Below, piece by piece: positions 16,831 to 24,000 of a stretch of 24,000 nt of DNA (positions within the stretch are counted from its first letter, which is position 1; every line of letters begins with the position of its first letter). The translations under genes and the position numbers were made by a program. The stretch is taken from positions 146,127 through 170,126 of the forward strand of contig URKA01000002.1 of NCBI GenBank assembly GCA_900548345.1. The letters are read 5' to 3'. A model generated the notes under the pieces. The model worked only from the letters and a program-made list of their open reading frames with translations, was not told the origin of the DNA and ran no database searches. This DNA comes from an uncultured Paraprevotella sp. Lineage in GTDB: Bacteria > Bacteroidota > Bacteroidia > Bacteroidales > Bacteroidaceae.

Positions 16831-17637
16831 ATGGCGGAATCTGGAGATAAGAATACGCTGACTTTCTGGGAGCATCTGGATGAGTTGCGGGGCTGTCTGA
16901 TTCGGGCTGCCGTCGTAACGCTTTTGTGTGCCGTGGCGGCTTTCTTTCTGAAAGACGCCCTGTTCGGTATCGTGCTGGCACCTAAGTCGCCGGATTTCGT
17001 GACCTACCGTCTGTTGGAACAGGCGGGTGAATGGGTTTCGGGCGGCGTACAGCCCGAATCTTCCCGTTTCGAGGTCAGGCTGATAAATACGGCATTGACG
17101 GAACAGTTCGTTATCCACATGAAAACAGCTGTTTATGCCGGTGTGCTTTGCGCTTCTCCTTATATACTCTATTTGCTGTTCCGTTTTGTTTCTCCCGCAT
17201 TGTATGCCAACGAACGTCGGTATGCCGTGCGGATGGTCGGTGCGGGGTATGTCATGTTTCTGACAGGTACGCTGCTGAATTACTTTCTGATATTTCCTCT
17301 TACATTACGGTTCCTGGGAACTTATCAGGTAAGTGTGGAAGTGGAAAATGCCATCACTTTACAGTCTTATATGGACACTTTGCTGATGATGAGCCTGATG
17401 ATGGGGATTGTTTTCGAGATACCTGTGCTCTGCTGGCTGTTGGCGCGCATGGGCGTGTTGCGTGCCGGCTTTATGCGGCGTTACCGCAGGCATGCCATCG
17501 TGTTGATATTGACGGTGGCGGCCATCATCACTCCTACGTCGGATGTGTTTACGCTGTTGATGGTCGGCATGCCGATGTGGCTTCTTTACGAATCAAGCAT
17601 CTTCATCGTGCGTGGCGTGGAGGGGAAAATTCATTGA
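16831..17637 (+). CDS. tatC: Twin-arginine translocase subunit TatC
   Basis: 268 aa with a six-TM profile. The N-terminus LTFWEHLDELRGCLIRA and the motif FRFVSPALYANERRY are TatC hallmarks. It starts 6 nt after tatA. Confidence 0.9.
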   Translation: MAESGDKNTLTFWEHLDELRGCLIRAAVVTLLCAVAAFFLKDALFGIVLAPKSPDFVTYRLLEQAGEWVSGGVQPESSRFEVRLINTALTEQFVIHMKTAVYAGVLCASPYILYLLFRFVSPALYANERRYAVRMVGAGYVMFLTGTLLNYFLIFPLTLRFLGTYQVSVEVENAITLQSYMDTLLMMSLMMGIVFEIPVLCWLLARMGVLRAGFMRRYRRHAIVLILTVAAIITPTSDVFTLLMVGMPMWLLYESSIFIVRGVEGKIH

Positions 17638-17640
17638 ACA

Positions 17641-17765
17641 GTCTGCCCAAAAATGCAGACCAGTCCGCCCCAAAAATGCACACAGGTGAGCGTTCGATTC
17701 TTCACCTGTGAGCGTTTGATTCTTCACCTGTGACCGTTTCGTCGCACACAGGTGTGCATTTTCGC
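17641..17765 (+). repeat. Structured repeat and probable terminator downstream of tatC
   Basis: A small hairpin GTCTGC/GCAGAC lies at 17641-17660. The direct repeat GCCC(C)AAAAATGCA occurs twice. A 22-bp tandem repeat, GTGAGCGTTCGATTCTTCACCT (17686-17707) and GTGAGCGTTTGATTCTTCACCT (17708-17729), is followed by a degenerate third unit. The outer inverted repeat is AAAATGCACAC (17673-17683) / GTGTGCATTTT (17752-17762). The inner CACAGGTG/CACCTGTG sequences can also pair. Confidence 0.55.
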
Positions 17766-17894
17766 ATACTCTTGACCGTGAATTTATGCCGTCTTGCCCG
17801 TGTGATAATTTGAAACTTTCAGGCGATGTTTGATTATAAATTCATTTGATTTTTTGTTCAGGCCTTTGTTTTTGACGCTCTCTGTGCATTTTTG

Positions 17895-17913
17895 TAGGCA
17901 AAACTTTTGCCTA
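17895..17913. promoter_or_regulatory. Perfect 19-bp palindrome overlapping the -33 region of the ilvD promoter (candidate operator)
   Basis: TAGGCAAAA-C-TTTTGCCTA at 17895-17913. It contains TTTG (17906-17909), which lies 19 nt upstream of the -7 box. Confidence 0.35.
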
Positions 17914-17928
17914 ATAGAAAAAAGAGGC

Positions 17929-17936
17929 TAATTTTG
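17929..17936 (+). promoter_or_regulatory. Candidate -7 promoter box for the ilv operon
   Basis: TAATTTTG at 17929-17936, with TTTG at 17906-17909 providing a correctly spaced -33 element. It lies 41 nt upstream of ATG 17977. Confidence 0.5.
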
Positions 17937-17976
17937 CAATTTCAAACAGGAAAAAATATAAATTATATATATAAAG

Positions 17977-19779
17977 ATGAAAATTAAGCTACGCAGTGCG
18001 CAAAGCACAGAAGGCCGCCGTATGGCGGGAGCCCGCGCCTTGTGGGTGGCCAATGGCATGAAACGCGAACAGTTCGGTAAGCCGATTATCGCCATTGTCA
18101 ACTCCTTTACCCAATTTGTTCCCGGTCATACCCATCTGCATGAAATCGGTCAGGTGGTGAAGGCCGAGATTGAGAAGATGGGATGTTACGCCGCCGAATT
18201 CAACACGATTGCAATCGACGACGGCATCGCGATGGGCCATGACGGTATGCTTTATTCCCTGCCTTCGCGCGATATTATTGCCGACAGCGTGGAGTATATG
18301 GTGAATGCGCATAAGGCGGATGCGATGATTTGCATTTCCAACTGTGATAAGATTACACCGGGTATGCTGATGGCCAGCATGCGTCTGAATATCCCTACGG
18401 TGTTCGTTTCTGGCGGTCCGATGGAGGCGCATAAAATCAACGGTGAGAATGCCGACCTGATTACGGCGATGATAAAAGGGGCCGACGCATCCGTAAGTGA
18501 TGAAGAGATGGAGAAGATTGAGGTGTGTGCCTGTCCGGGATGCGGCAGCTGTTCGGGCATGTTCACGGCCAACTCCATGAACAGCCTGACAGAAGCCATC
18601 GGATTGTCTTTGCCCGGCAACGGAACCATATTGGCCACGCACACGAACCGTATACAGTTGTTCCGCGATGCGGCCCGTCTGGTGGTGGAGAATGCCTTTA
18701 AATATTATGAAGAGGGAGACGAGAGCGTGCTGCCTAAAAGCATCGCCACACGTCAGGCCTTCCTGAATGCCATGACGCTCGACATTGCCATGGGAGGCTC
18801 TTCAAACACGGTGCTGCACCTGTTGGCCGTGGCCAATGAGGCCGGCGTGGATTTCAAGATGGCGGATATAGACGCACTGAGCCGTAAAGTGCCCTGTCTG
18901 TGCAAACTGTCTCCCAATACGCAGAAGTATTCCATACAGGAATGTAACCGTGCTGGCGGTATCCTGAATATTTTGGGTGAACTGCACAAGGCCGGTCTGC
19001 TCGATGCTTCGTGCAGGCGCGTGAACGGCAGTACACTGGGAGAGGACATAGATAAGTACAGTATAGTGAAAGCTGCGGCCGACCCTGAGGCGCTTCGCAT
19101 CTACAGCAGTGCGCCCGGCGGTGTGTTCAGCAACAGGATGGGGTCGCAAAGCAATACGTATGAGACGCTCGATACCGACCGTGCCACAGGATGTATCCGC
19201 GATGTGGAGCATGCCTACAGCAAGGATGGCGGACTGGCGGTGTTGTTCGGCAACATCGCGCAGGACGGTTGCGTGGTGAAGACGGCCGGAGTGGATGAAA
19301 GCATCTGGCATTTTTGCGGACCGGCAAAAGTATTCGACTCTCAGGAAGATGCCTGCGAGGGTATACTCGGTGGCAAGGTGGTGAGCGGAGACGTGGTCGT
19401 GATTACCCACGAAGGGCCGAAAGGCGGGCCGGGCATGCAGGAAATGCTCTATCCCACGTCTTATCTCAAAAGCCGCCATCTGGGTAAGGAATGTGCCTTG
19501 ATAACCGACGGGCGTTTTTCGGGAGGCACATCGGGGCTGAGCATCGGGCATATTTCTCCCGAAGCGGCAGCTGGAGGCAATATCGGCAAAATCGTGGACG
19601 GGGATATGATAGAAATTGACATACCCGGCCGCAGCATCAATGTGAAACTGAGCGAAGAGGAACTGGCCGCGCGTCCGCAACGGCCGATGACGCGCAACCG
19701 TGTAGTACCGAAATCTTTGAAAGCATACGCTTCGATGGTAAGCTCGGCCGACAAGGGCGGTGTGCGCATTATAGATTAA
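17977..19779 (+). CDS. ilvD: Dihydroxy-acid dehydratase
   Basis: 600 aa. [30 protein letters not shown] and [16 protein letters not shown] are canonical IlvD motifs. Confidence 0.97.
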   Translation: MKIKLRSAQSTEGRRMAGARALWVANGMKREQFGKPIIAIVNSFTQFVPGHTHLHEIGQVVKAEIEKMGCYAAEFNTIAIDDGIAMGHDGMLYSLPSRDIIADSVEYMVNAHKADAMICISNCDKITPGMLMASMRLNIPTVFVSGGPMEAHKINGENADLITAMIKGADASVSDEEMEKIEVCACPGCGSCSGMFTANSMNSLTEAIGLSLPGNGTILATHTNRIQLFRDAARLVVENAFKYYEEGDESVLPKSIATRQAFLNAMTLDIAMGGSSNTVLHLLAVANEAGVDFKMADIDALSRKVPCLCKLSPNTQKYSIQECNRAGGILNILGELHKAGLLDASCRRVNGSTLGEDIDKYSIVKAAADPEALRIYSSAPGGVFSNRMGSQSNTYETLDTDRATGCIRDVEHAYSKDGGLAVLFGNIAQDGCVVKTAGVDESIWHFCGPAKVFDSQEDACEGILGGKVVSGDVVVITHEGPKGGPGMQEMLYPTSYLKSRHLGKECALITDGRFSGGTSGLSIGHISPEAAAGGNIGKIVDGDMIEIDIPGRSINVKLSEEELAARPQRPMTRNRVVPKSLKAYASMVSSADKGGVRIID

Positions 19780-19796
19780 AAAACGACAGACAGAAT

Positions 19797-21494
19797 ATGG
19801 CAAAAGAGAGAATTACAGGCGCGGAGGCACTGATGCGTTCGTTGGAACATGAGGGTGTGGAGACGCTTTTCGGTTATCCCGGAGGTGCCATCATGCCGGT
19901 GTACGACGCTTTGTATGGTTATAGAGACAAACTGAATCATATTTTGGTTCGGCACGAACAAGCGGCTGCGCATGCCGCACAGGGATATGCACGTGTATCC
20001 GGTAAGGTCGGAGTGTGTCTGGTGACCAGCGGTCCGGGGGCGACCAACACCATCACCGGAATCGCGGATGCCATGATGGACAGTACGCCCATCGTGGTGA
20101 TTGCAGGACAGGTGGGGACTTCCATGTTGGGCTCTGATGCGTTTCAGGAGTGTGACCTGGTGGGCGTGACACAGCCTATCAGCAAATGGGCGTACCAGAT
20201 TCGCCGCCCCGAAGATGTGGCATGGGCTGTGAGCCGGGCTTTCTATATTGCAAAAAGCGGGCGTCCCGGTCCGGTCGTGCTGGATTTCGCCAAGAATGCA
20301 CAGGTAGGTATGGTGGAATATGAACCTCAGCCTACGGATTTTATCCGGAGCTACGTTCCTGTGCCCAAAACGGCTCCTGAGGCAGTCCGTACGGCGGCAC
20401 AGTTGATTAATGCCGCCAAACGTCCTTTCATCCTGGTAGGGCAGGGTGTGGAACTGGGTGGTGCGCAGGAAGAAGTGCTCCGCCTGATGGAGCGCGCCGG
20501 CATCCCTGCAGGATGCACCTTGCTCGGACTTTCCGCACTGCCGTCTTCCCATCCCTTGAATATGGGAATGTTGGGCATGCACGGAAGCCTGGCCAATAGC
20601 GTGAAGACACAGGAGTGCGATGTGTTGATAGCCATAGGCATGCGTTTTGACGACCGTATCACGGGTAAGTTGAGCACCTATGCCACGCAGGCGAAAAAGA
20701 TACATTTCGAAATAGACCCCAGCGAAATCAATAAGAATGTGCCGGTTGACGTGCCCGTACTTGGCGATTGCAAGGAGACCCTCTCTGCGTTGCTTGAACT
20801 GGTTGAACCGAATGAACACAAGGAATGGATAGGTAGTTTCCAGGAATATTATGATAAGGAGAACGAGATGGTCATACAGCCTGAAATCCATCCGGCAGAC
20901 GGTCCCATAAAGATGGGAGAAGTGGTGCGTAAGGTGACGGAGATGACGGATAACAAGGCGGTGCTGGTGACTGATGTCGGTCAGAACCAGATGCTGGCAG
21001 CACGTTATTTCATGTTCTCCCAGAAACGCAGTATCGTGACCTCCGGAGGAATGGGCACGATGGGCTTCGGACTTCCCGCGGCCATCGGTGCGACGTTCGG
21101 TGCTCCCGACCGTATGGTGTGTCTGTTCCTCGGAGACGGTGGCATGCAGATGACCATACAGGAACTGGGCACCATAATGGAGCAGCATAGTCCGGTAAAA
21201 ATCATCCTGTTGAACAATAATTATCTGGGCAATGTACGTCAGTGGCAGGAGATGTTCTTCGGCAAACGTTATTCTTTTACTCCCATGGTAAATCCCGACT
21301 ACAATATGATTGCCTCGGCCTACCGCATACCGAACCGTACCGTGGTGGACCGTGGCGAACTGGAAGAGGCCATACAGGAGATGATTGACACCGAAGGGCC
21401 TTATCTGCTTCAGGTGGGCGTGATAGAAGAGGGACGTGTGCTGCCGATGTGCTGTCCGGGTAATGATGTGGATAATATGATATTGGACTATTAA
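19797..21494 (+). CDS. ilvB: Acetolactate synthase (acetohydroxyacid synthase), large catalytic subunit
   Basis: 565 aa. It shows a ThDP-enzyme N-terminus (GAEALMRSLEHEGVETLFGYPGGAI), GPGATN and the ThDP-binding GDGGMQM...NN motif. Confidence 0.95.
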   Translation: MAKERITGAEALMRSLEHEGVETLFGYPGGAIMPVYDALYGYRDKLNHILVRHEQAAAHAAQGYARVSGKVGVCLVTSGPGATNTITGIADAMMDSTPIVVIAGQVGTSMLGSDAFQECDLVGVTQPISKWAYQIRRPEDVAWAVSRAFYIAKSGRPGPVVLDFAKNAQVGMVEYEPQPTDFIRSYVPVPKTAPEAVRTAAQLINAAKRPFILVGQGVELGGAQEEVLRLMERAGIPAGCTLLGLSALPSSHPLNMGMLGMHGSLANSVKTQECDVLIAIGMRFDDRITGKLSTYATQAKKIHFEIDPSEINKNVPVDVPVLGDCKETLSALLELVEPNEHKEWIGSFQEYYDKENEMVIQPEIHPADGPIKMGEVVRKVTEMTDNKAVLVTDVGQNQMLAARYFMFSQKRSIVTSGGMGTMGFGLPAAIGATFGAPDRMVCLFLGDGGMQMTIQELGTIMEQHSPVKIILLNNNYLGNVRQWQEMFFGKRYSFTPMVNPDYNMIASAYRIPNRTVVDRGELEEAIQEMIDTEGPYLLQVGVIEEGRVLPMCCPGNDVDNMILDY

Positions 21495-21506
21495 AGCGAA
21501 TGAAAG

Positions 21507-22085
21507 ATGGAACAGGAAAAGATATTCTATACATTGATAGTTTTTTCTGAAAACTTTGCAGGATTGTTGAATCAGGTCACTGCGGTTTTCACCCGCCGTC
21601 AGGTCAATATCGAGAGTCTGAACGTGTCGGCGTCCAGCATCAGTGGCGTGCACAAATATACCATCACGTGCTGGAGCACGGAAGAGCAGATACAGATTAT
21701 CACCAAACAGATAGAGAAACGTATCGATGTGCTTCAGGCGCATTACTTTACGGATGACCAGATTTTCATACAGGAAGTGGCACTTTACAAATTGTCTACG
21801 TCGGCTGTACTGGAGAATCCGGATATTTCATCGGCCGTGCGGCATCATGGCGCCCAGATTGTAGAAGTGAATCCTACGTATACGGTTGTGAGTAAGAAAG
21901 GCTCTACGGAAGATATTGTGTCGCTGTATCATGCACTCGATGAATACAAGTGTGTGTTGCAATACGTTCGTTCCGGACGGATTGCCATTACGAAGAGTTG
22001 CACGGAATATTTGGATGAATTTTTGAGCGAACGTCAGCGTGTGTATGATGATTTGCAGGCGCAGAAAAAGGAAAACATAGGATGA
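21507..22085 (+). CDS. ilvN: Acetolactate synthase small (regulatory, ACT-domain) subunit
   Basis: 192 aa. IFYTLIVFSENFAGLLNQVTAVFTRRQVNIESLNVS is the ACT-domain N-terminus typical of IlvN/IlvH. It lies immediately after ilvB. Confidence 0.88.
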   Translation: MEQEKIFYTLIVFSENFAGLLNQVTAVFTRRQVNIESLNVSASSISGVHKYTITCWSTEEQIQIITKQIEKRIDVLQAHYFTDDQIFIQEVALYKLSTSAVLENPDISSAVRHHGAQIVEVNPTYTVVSKKGSTEDIVSLYHALDEYKCVLQYVRSGRIAITKSCTEYLDEFLSERQRVYDDLQAQKKENIG

Positions 22086-22849
22086 AAGGCGATAAGGTAG
22101 GTACATACTCTTTTGTGGCGGAGCCGTTTCATGTGGACTTTACCGGACGGCTTTTCATGGGCGTGCTGGGAAATCATCTGCTGAATTGTGCCGGTTTTCA
22201 TGCAGAAGAAAGAGGGTTCGGTATGGCGGAGATAAATGAAAGCAACTATACATGGGTGCTTTCACGGTTGGCCGTAGAACTGGAAGAAATGCCACGGCAG
22301 TATGAGGAGTTTTCCATCGATACGTGGGTGGAAAATGTCTATCGTCTGTTTACCGACCGAAATTTCTCCATCTATGGCAAAGATGGCAGGGTGTATGGAT
22401 ATGCTCGTTCCGTATGGGCGATGATTAATATGAATACACGTAAGCCGGCCGACTTGTTGACACTGCATGGGGGGCATATTGTGGATTATATTTTGAAAGA
22501 CAAACCATGTCCTATCAACAAACCCGACCGCATTAAGGTGGGAGGGCAGATGCCGGTGCGCACGATAGATACATATTATAATGATATTGATATCAACGGC
22601 CATGTGAACAGCATTAAATATATGGAACACGTGCTGGACCTTTTCCCGAAAGATTGGTATGCGGAACATGCGATACGTAGGTTTGAGATGGCATACGTGG
22701 CTGAAAGCTATTTTGGCGATACGTTGAGTTTCTATCGTGAAGAGTGTGAAGATACCTCTTATAATATAGAGGTACGCAAAAATGTCGGCGGAGAAGTGCC
22801 CGAAGGAGAGGTTGTGTGTAGGAGCAAGATTAAATTTGATAACAAATAG
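22082..22849 (+). CDS. Acyl-ACP thioesterase family protein (double hot-dog fold)
   Basis: 255 aa. FHVDFTGRL...LLNCAGFHA...WVLSRLAVE and NDIDINGHVNSIKYMEHVLD resemble the FatA/B-type acyl-ACP thioesterase family. Its start overlaps the ilvN stop by ATGA (22082-22085). Confidence 0.8.
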   Translation: MKGDKVGTYSFVAEPFHVDFTGRLFMGVLGNHLLNCAGFHAEERGFGMAEINESNYTWVLSRLAVELEEMPRQYEEFSIDTWVENVYRLFTDRNFSIYGKDGRVYGYARSVWAMINMNTRKPADLLTLHGGHIVDYILKDKPCPINKPDRIKVGGQMPVRTIDTYYNDIDINGHVNSIKYMEHVLDLFPKDWYAEHAIRRFEMAYVAESYFGDTLSFYREECEDTSYNIEVRKNVGGEVPEGEVVCRSKIKFDNK

Positions 22850-22881
22850 CAATTTATTATGCTTGGTTTGAAATAATTTTG

Positions 22882-22889
22882 TATCTTTG
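22882..22889 (+). promoter_or_regulatory. Candidate internal -7 promoter box ahead of ilvC
   Basis: TATCTTTG at 22882-22889, in the 107-bp AT-rich gap. It lies 68 nt upstream of ATG 22957. Confidence 0.35.
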
Positions 22890-22956
22890 TGACGAAATAA
22901 GTATTAAAAAGAAATTTAATAGAACGCGGTTTAGTCCGCATAAAACAAAAATAGAA

Positions 22957-24000
22957 ATGGCAGAAATGAATTTTGGCGGTGTCATCGAGAATGTGATGAC
23001 CCGTGAAGAATTTCCCTTGGAGAAGGCTCGTGAGATTCTGAAAAACGAGACAATAGCAGTTTTAGGGTATGGAGTTCAAGGCCCTGGTCAGGCATGCAAT
23101 CTGCGTGACAATGGCTTTAATGTGATTGTGGGACAGCGTCAGGGTAAGACATACGAGAAGGCTGTAGCCGACGGTTGGGTGCCGGGTGAAACGCTGTTTT
23201 CGCTCGAAGAAGCAGCTGAAAAGGGTACGATTGTATGCATGTTGCTTTCCGATGCAGCGCAGATGCAGTTGTGGCCTACCATTAAACCTTATTTGACAGC
23301 CGGCAAGACACTTTATTTCTCACACGGTTTTGCTATTAACTGGAGTGACCGCACGGGTGTTGTGCCTCCTACTGATATTGATGTGATTATGGTGGCTCCT
23401 AAGGGTTCAGGTACATCTTTGCGTACCATGTTCCTTGAAGGGCGTGGTTTGAACTCTTCGTATGCAGTTTATCAGGATGCCAGTGGTCACGCCACAGAGA
23501 AAGTTCTGGCATTTGGTATCGGTATCGGTTCCGGCTACTTGTTTGAAACGACATTTAAGCGTGAGGCTACTTCTGACCTTACTGGCGAGCGTGGTTCTCT
23601 GATGGGTGCTATTCAAGGATTATTGCTGGCGCAGTATGAGGTTTTACGCGAGAACGGTCATACTCCTTCCGAAGCATTCAATGAGACGGTGGAAGAGTTG
23701 ACTCAATCTTTGATGCCTTTGTTTGCACAGCGCGGTATGGACTGGATGTATGCCAACTGTTCGACAACTGCACAGCGTGGTGCGTTGGACTGGATGGGTC
23801 CTTTCCACGATGCTATCAAACCTGTCGTTGAAAAATTGTATCATAGTGTGGTGACAGGTAATGAGGCTCAGATTTCCATCGATTCCAATTCTCAACCGGA
23901 TTATCGTGTAAAACTGGAAGCAGAATTGAAGGCGTTGCGTGAGAGCGAAATGTGGCGTACGGCTGAAACGGTTCGAAAATTGCGTCCTGAATGCAATTAA
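22957..24000 (+). CDS. ilvC: Ketol-acid reductoisomerase (class I)
   Basis: 347 aa from ATG 22957 (MAEMNFGGV...). It carries the Rossmann motif VLGYGVQGPGQACNLRDNG and FSHGF. TAA falls at 23998-24000. The ORF track's upstream extension from 22879 covers the promoter-like AT-rich spacer and is unlikely to be coding. Confidence 0.95.
   Translation: MAEMNFGGVIENVMTREEFPLEKAREILKNETIAVLGYGVQGPGQACNLRDNGFNVIVGQRQGKTYEKAVADGWVPGETLFSLEEAAEKGTIVCMLLSDAAQMQLWPTIKPYLTAGKTLYFSHGFAINWSDRTGVVPPTDIDVIMVAPKGSGTSLRTMFLEGRGLNSSYAVYQDASGHATEKVLAFGIGIGSGYLFETTFKREATSDLTGERGSLMGAIQGLLLAQYEVLRENGHTPSEAFNETVEELTQSLMPLFAQRGMDWMYANCSTTAQRGALDWMGPFHDAIKPVVEKLYHSVVTGNEAQISIDSNSQPDYRVKLEAELKALRESEMWRTAETVRKLRPECN

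Noticed and set aside
17031-17711. A 226-aa plus-strand ORF overlapping tatC in another frame and extending into the downstream repeat.
   Set aside because: tatC in the other frame has unmistakable TatC motifs. This ORF is Cys/Arg-rich with no recognisable features, and its tail is merely the read-through of the repeat region.
17686-17751. The 22-bp tandem repeat was considered as a possible CRISPR fragment.
   Set aside because: The units are directly adjacent with no spacers. There are only about 2.5 copies, and no cas genes are present in the window.
5241-17765. The efflux, araC and redox/Tat block was considered as a horizontally acquired island.
   Set aside because: There is no integrase, transposase, tRNA target or flanking direct repeats in the window, and no compositional break is obvious by eye. 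I cannot support mobility from this sequence alone.
17766-17976. An Ile/Leu/Val-rich leader peptide or attenuator upstream of ilvD, of the kind found in enterobacterial ilv operons.
   Set aside because: The only short ORFs I could read (MPSCPCDNLKLSGDV and MFDYKFI) are not enriched in branched-chain codons. No terminator/antiterminator pair is evident before the ATG.
18802-19803. A 333-aa minus-strand ORF antisense to ilvD.
   Set aside because: The explanation is the same. It shares the codon register with ilvD (17977 and 19801 both leave remainder 1 mod 3), and the sequence is low-complexity with no family resemblance.
19776-21743. A 655-aa stop-free ORF on the minus strand, antisense to all of ilvB and the start of ilvN.
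   Set aside because: Its codons are in the same register as the sense codons: both 19797 and 21741 are divisible by 3, and ilvN 21507 is in the same frame. Antisense stops can therefore arise only from sense TTA, CTA or TCA codons, and this highly expressed gene simply avoids them. The translation is His/Arg/Leu-rich low-complexity sequence with no recognisable family. It is a shadow ORF.
22879-22956. An N-terminal extension of ilvC from the ORF-track start at 22879.
   Set aside because: The extension (MYLCDEISIKKKFNRTRFSPHKTKIE) covers the AT-rich spacer that holds a promoter-like box. Ketol-acid reductoisomerases begin close to the Rossmann motif, which fits ATG 22957.

Overview
This window appears to be chromosomal DNA from a Bacteroidales organism (Bacteroides/Parabacteroides-like). 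The taxonomic call is an inference. It rests on TAnnTTTG -7 boxes 20-50 nt upstream of most first genes and on the gene order ilvD-ilvB-ilvN-(acyl-ACP thioesterase)-ilvC. From left to right the window contains:
- the 3' end of an unidentified CDS, followed by a terminator
- an acyltransferase-3 membrane protein
- a convergent type I L-asparaginase
- a YeiH-family transporter
- an MFS transporter
- a minus-strand RND efflux operon (adaptor, pump, TolC-like OMP, joined by ATGA overlaps) that ends in a small DUF2582 winged-helix gene
- an AraC-family regulator
- a tightly packed seven-gene plus-strand operon (12177-17637)
- a structured repeat
- the ilv biosynthetic operon, which runs to the window edge

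No tRNA, rRNA, CRISPR array, transposase or integrase was seen.

The best candidate for an undescribed system is the seven-gene operon. It encodes:
- a Sec-signal flavodoxin-like protein
- a membrane polyferredoxin that reads as a NapH-NapG fusion, with an internal twin-arginine motif before its fifth TM helix
- a Tat-signal aldo/keto reductase with a possible lipobox and C-terminal Fe-S motifs
- a DUF1893 protein
- a membrane protein resembling an ECF S-component
- tatA and tatC

I read this as an extracytoplasmic reductase module, possibly linked to the quinol pool, that is encoded together with the translocase it needs. All functional assignments come from motif and family recognition by eye. 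No database search was run.
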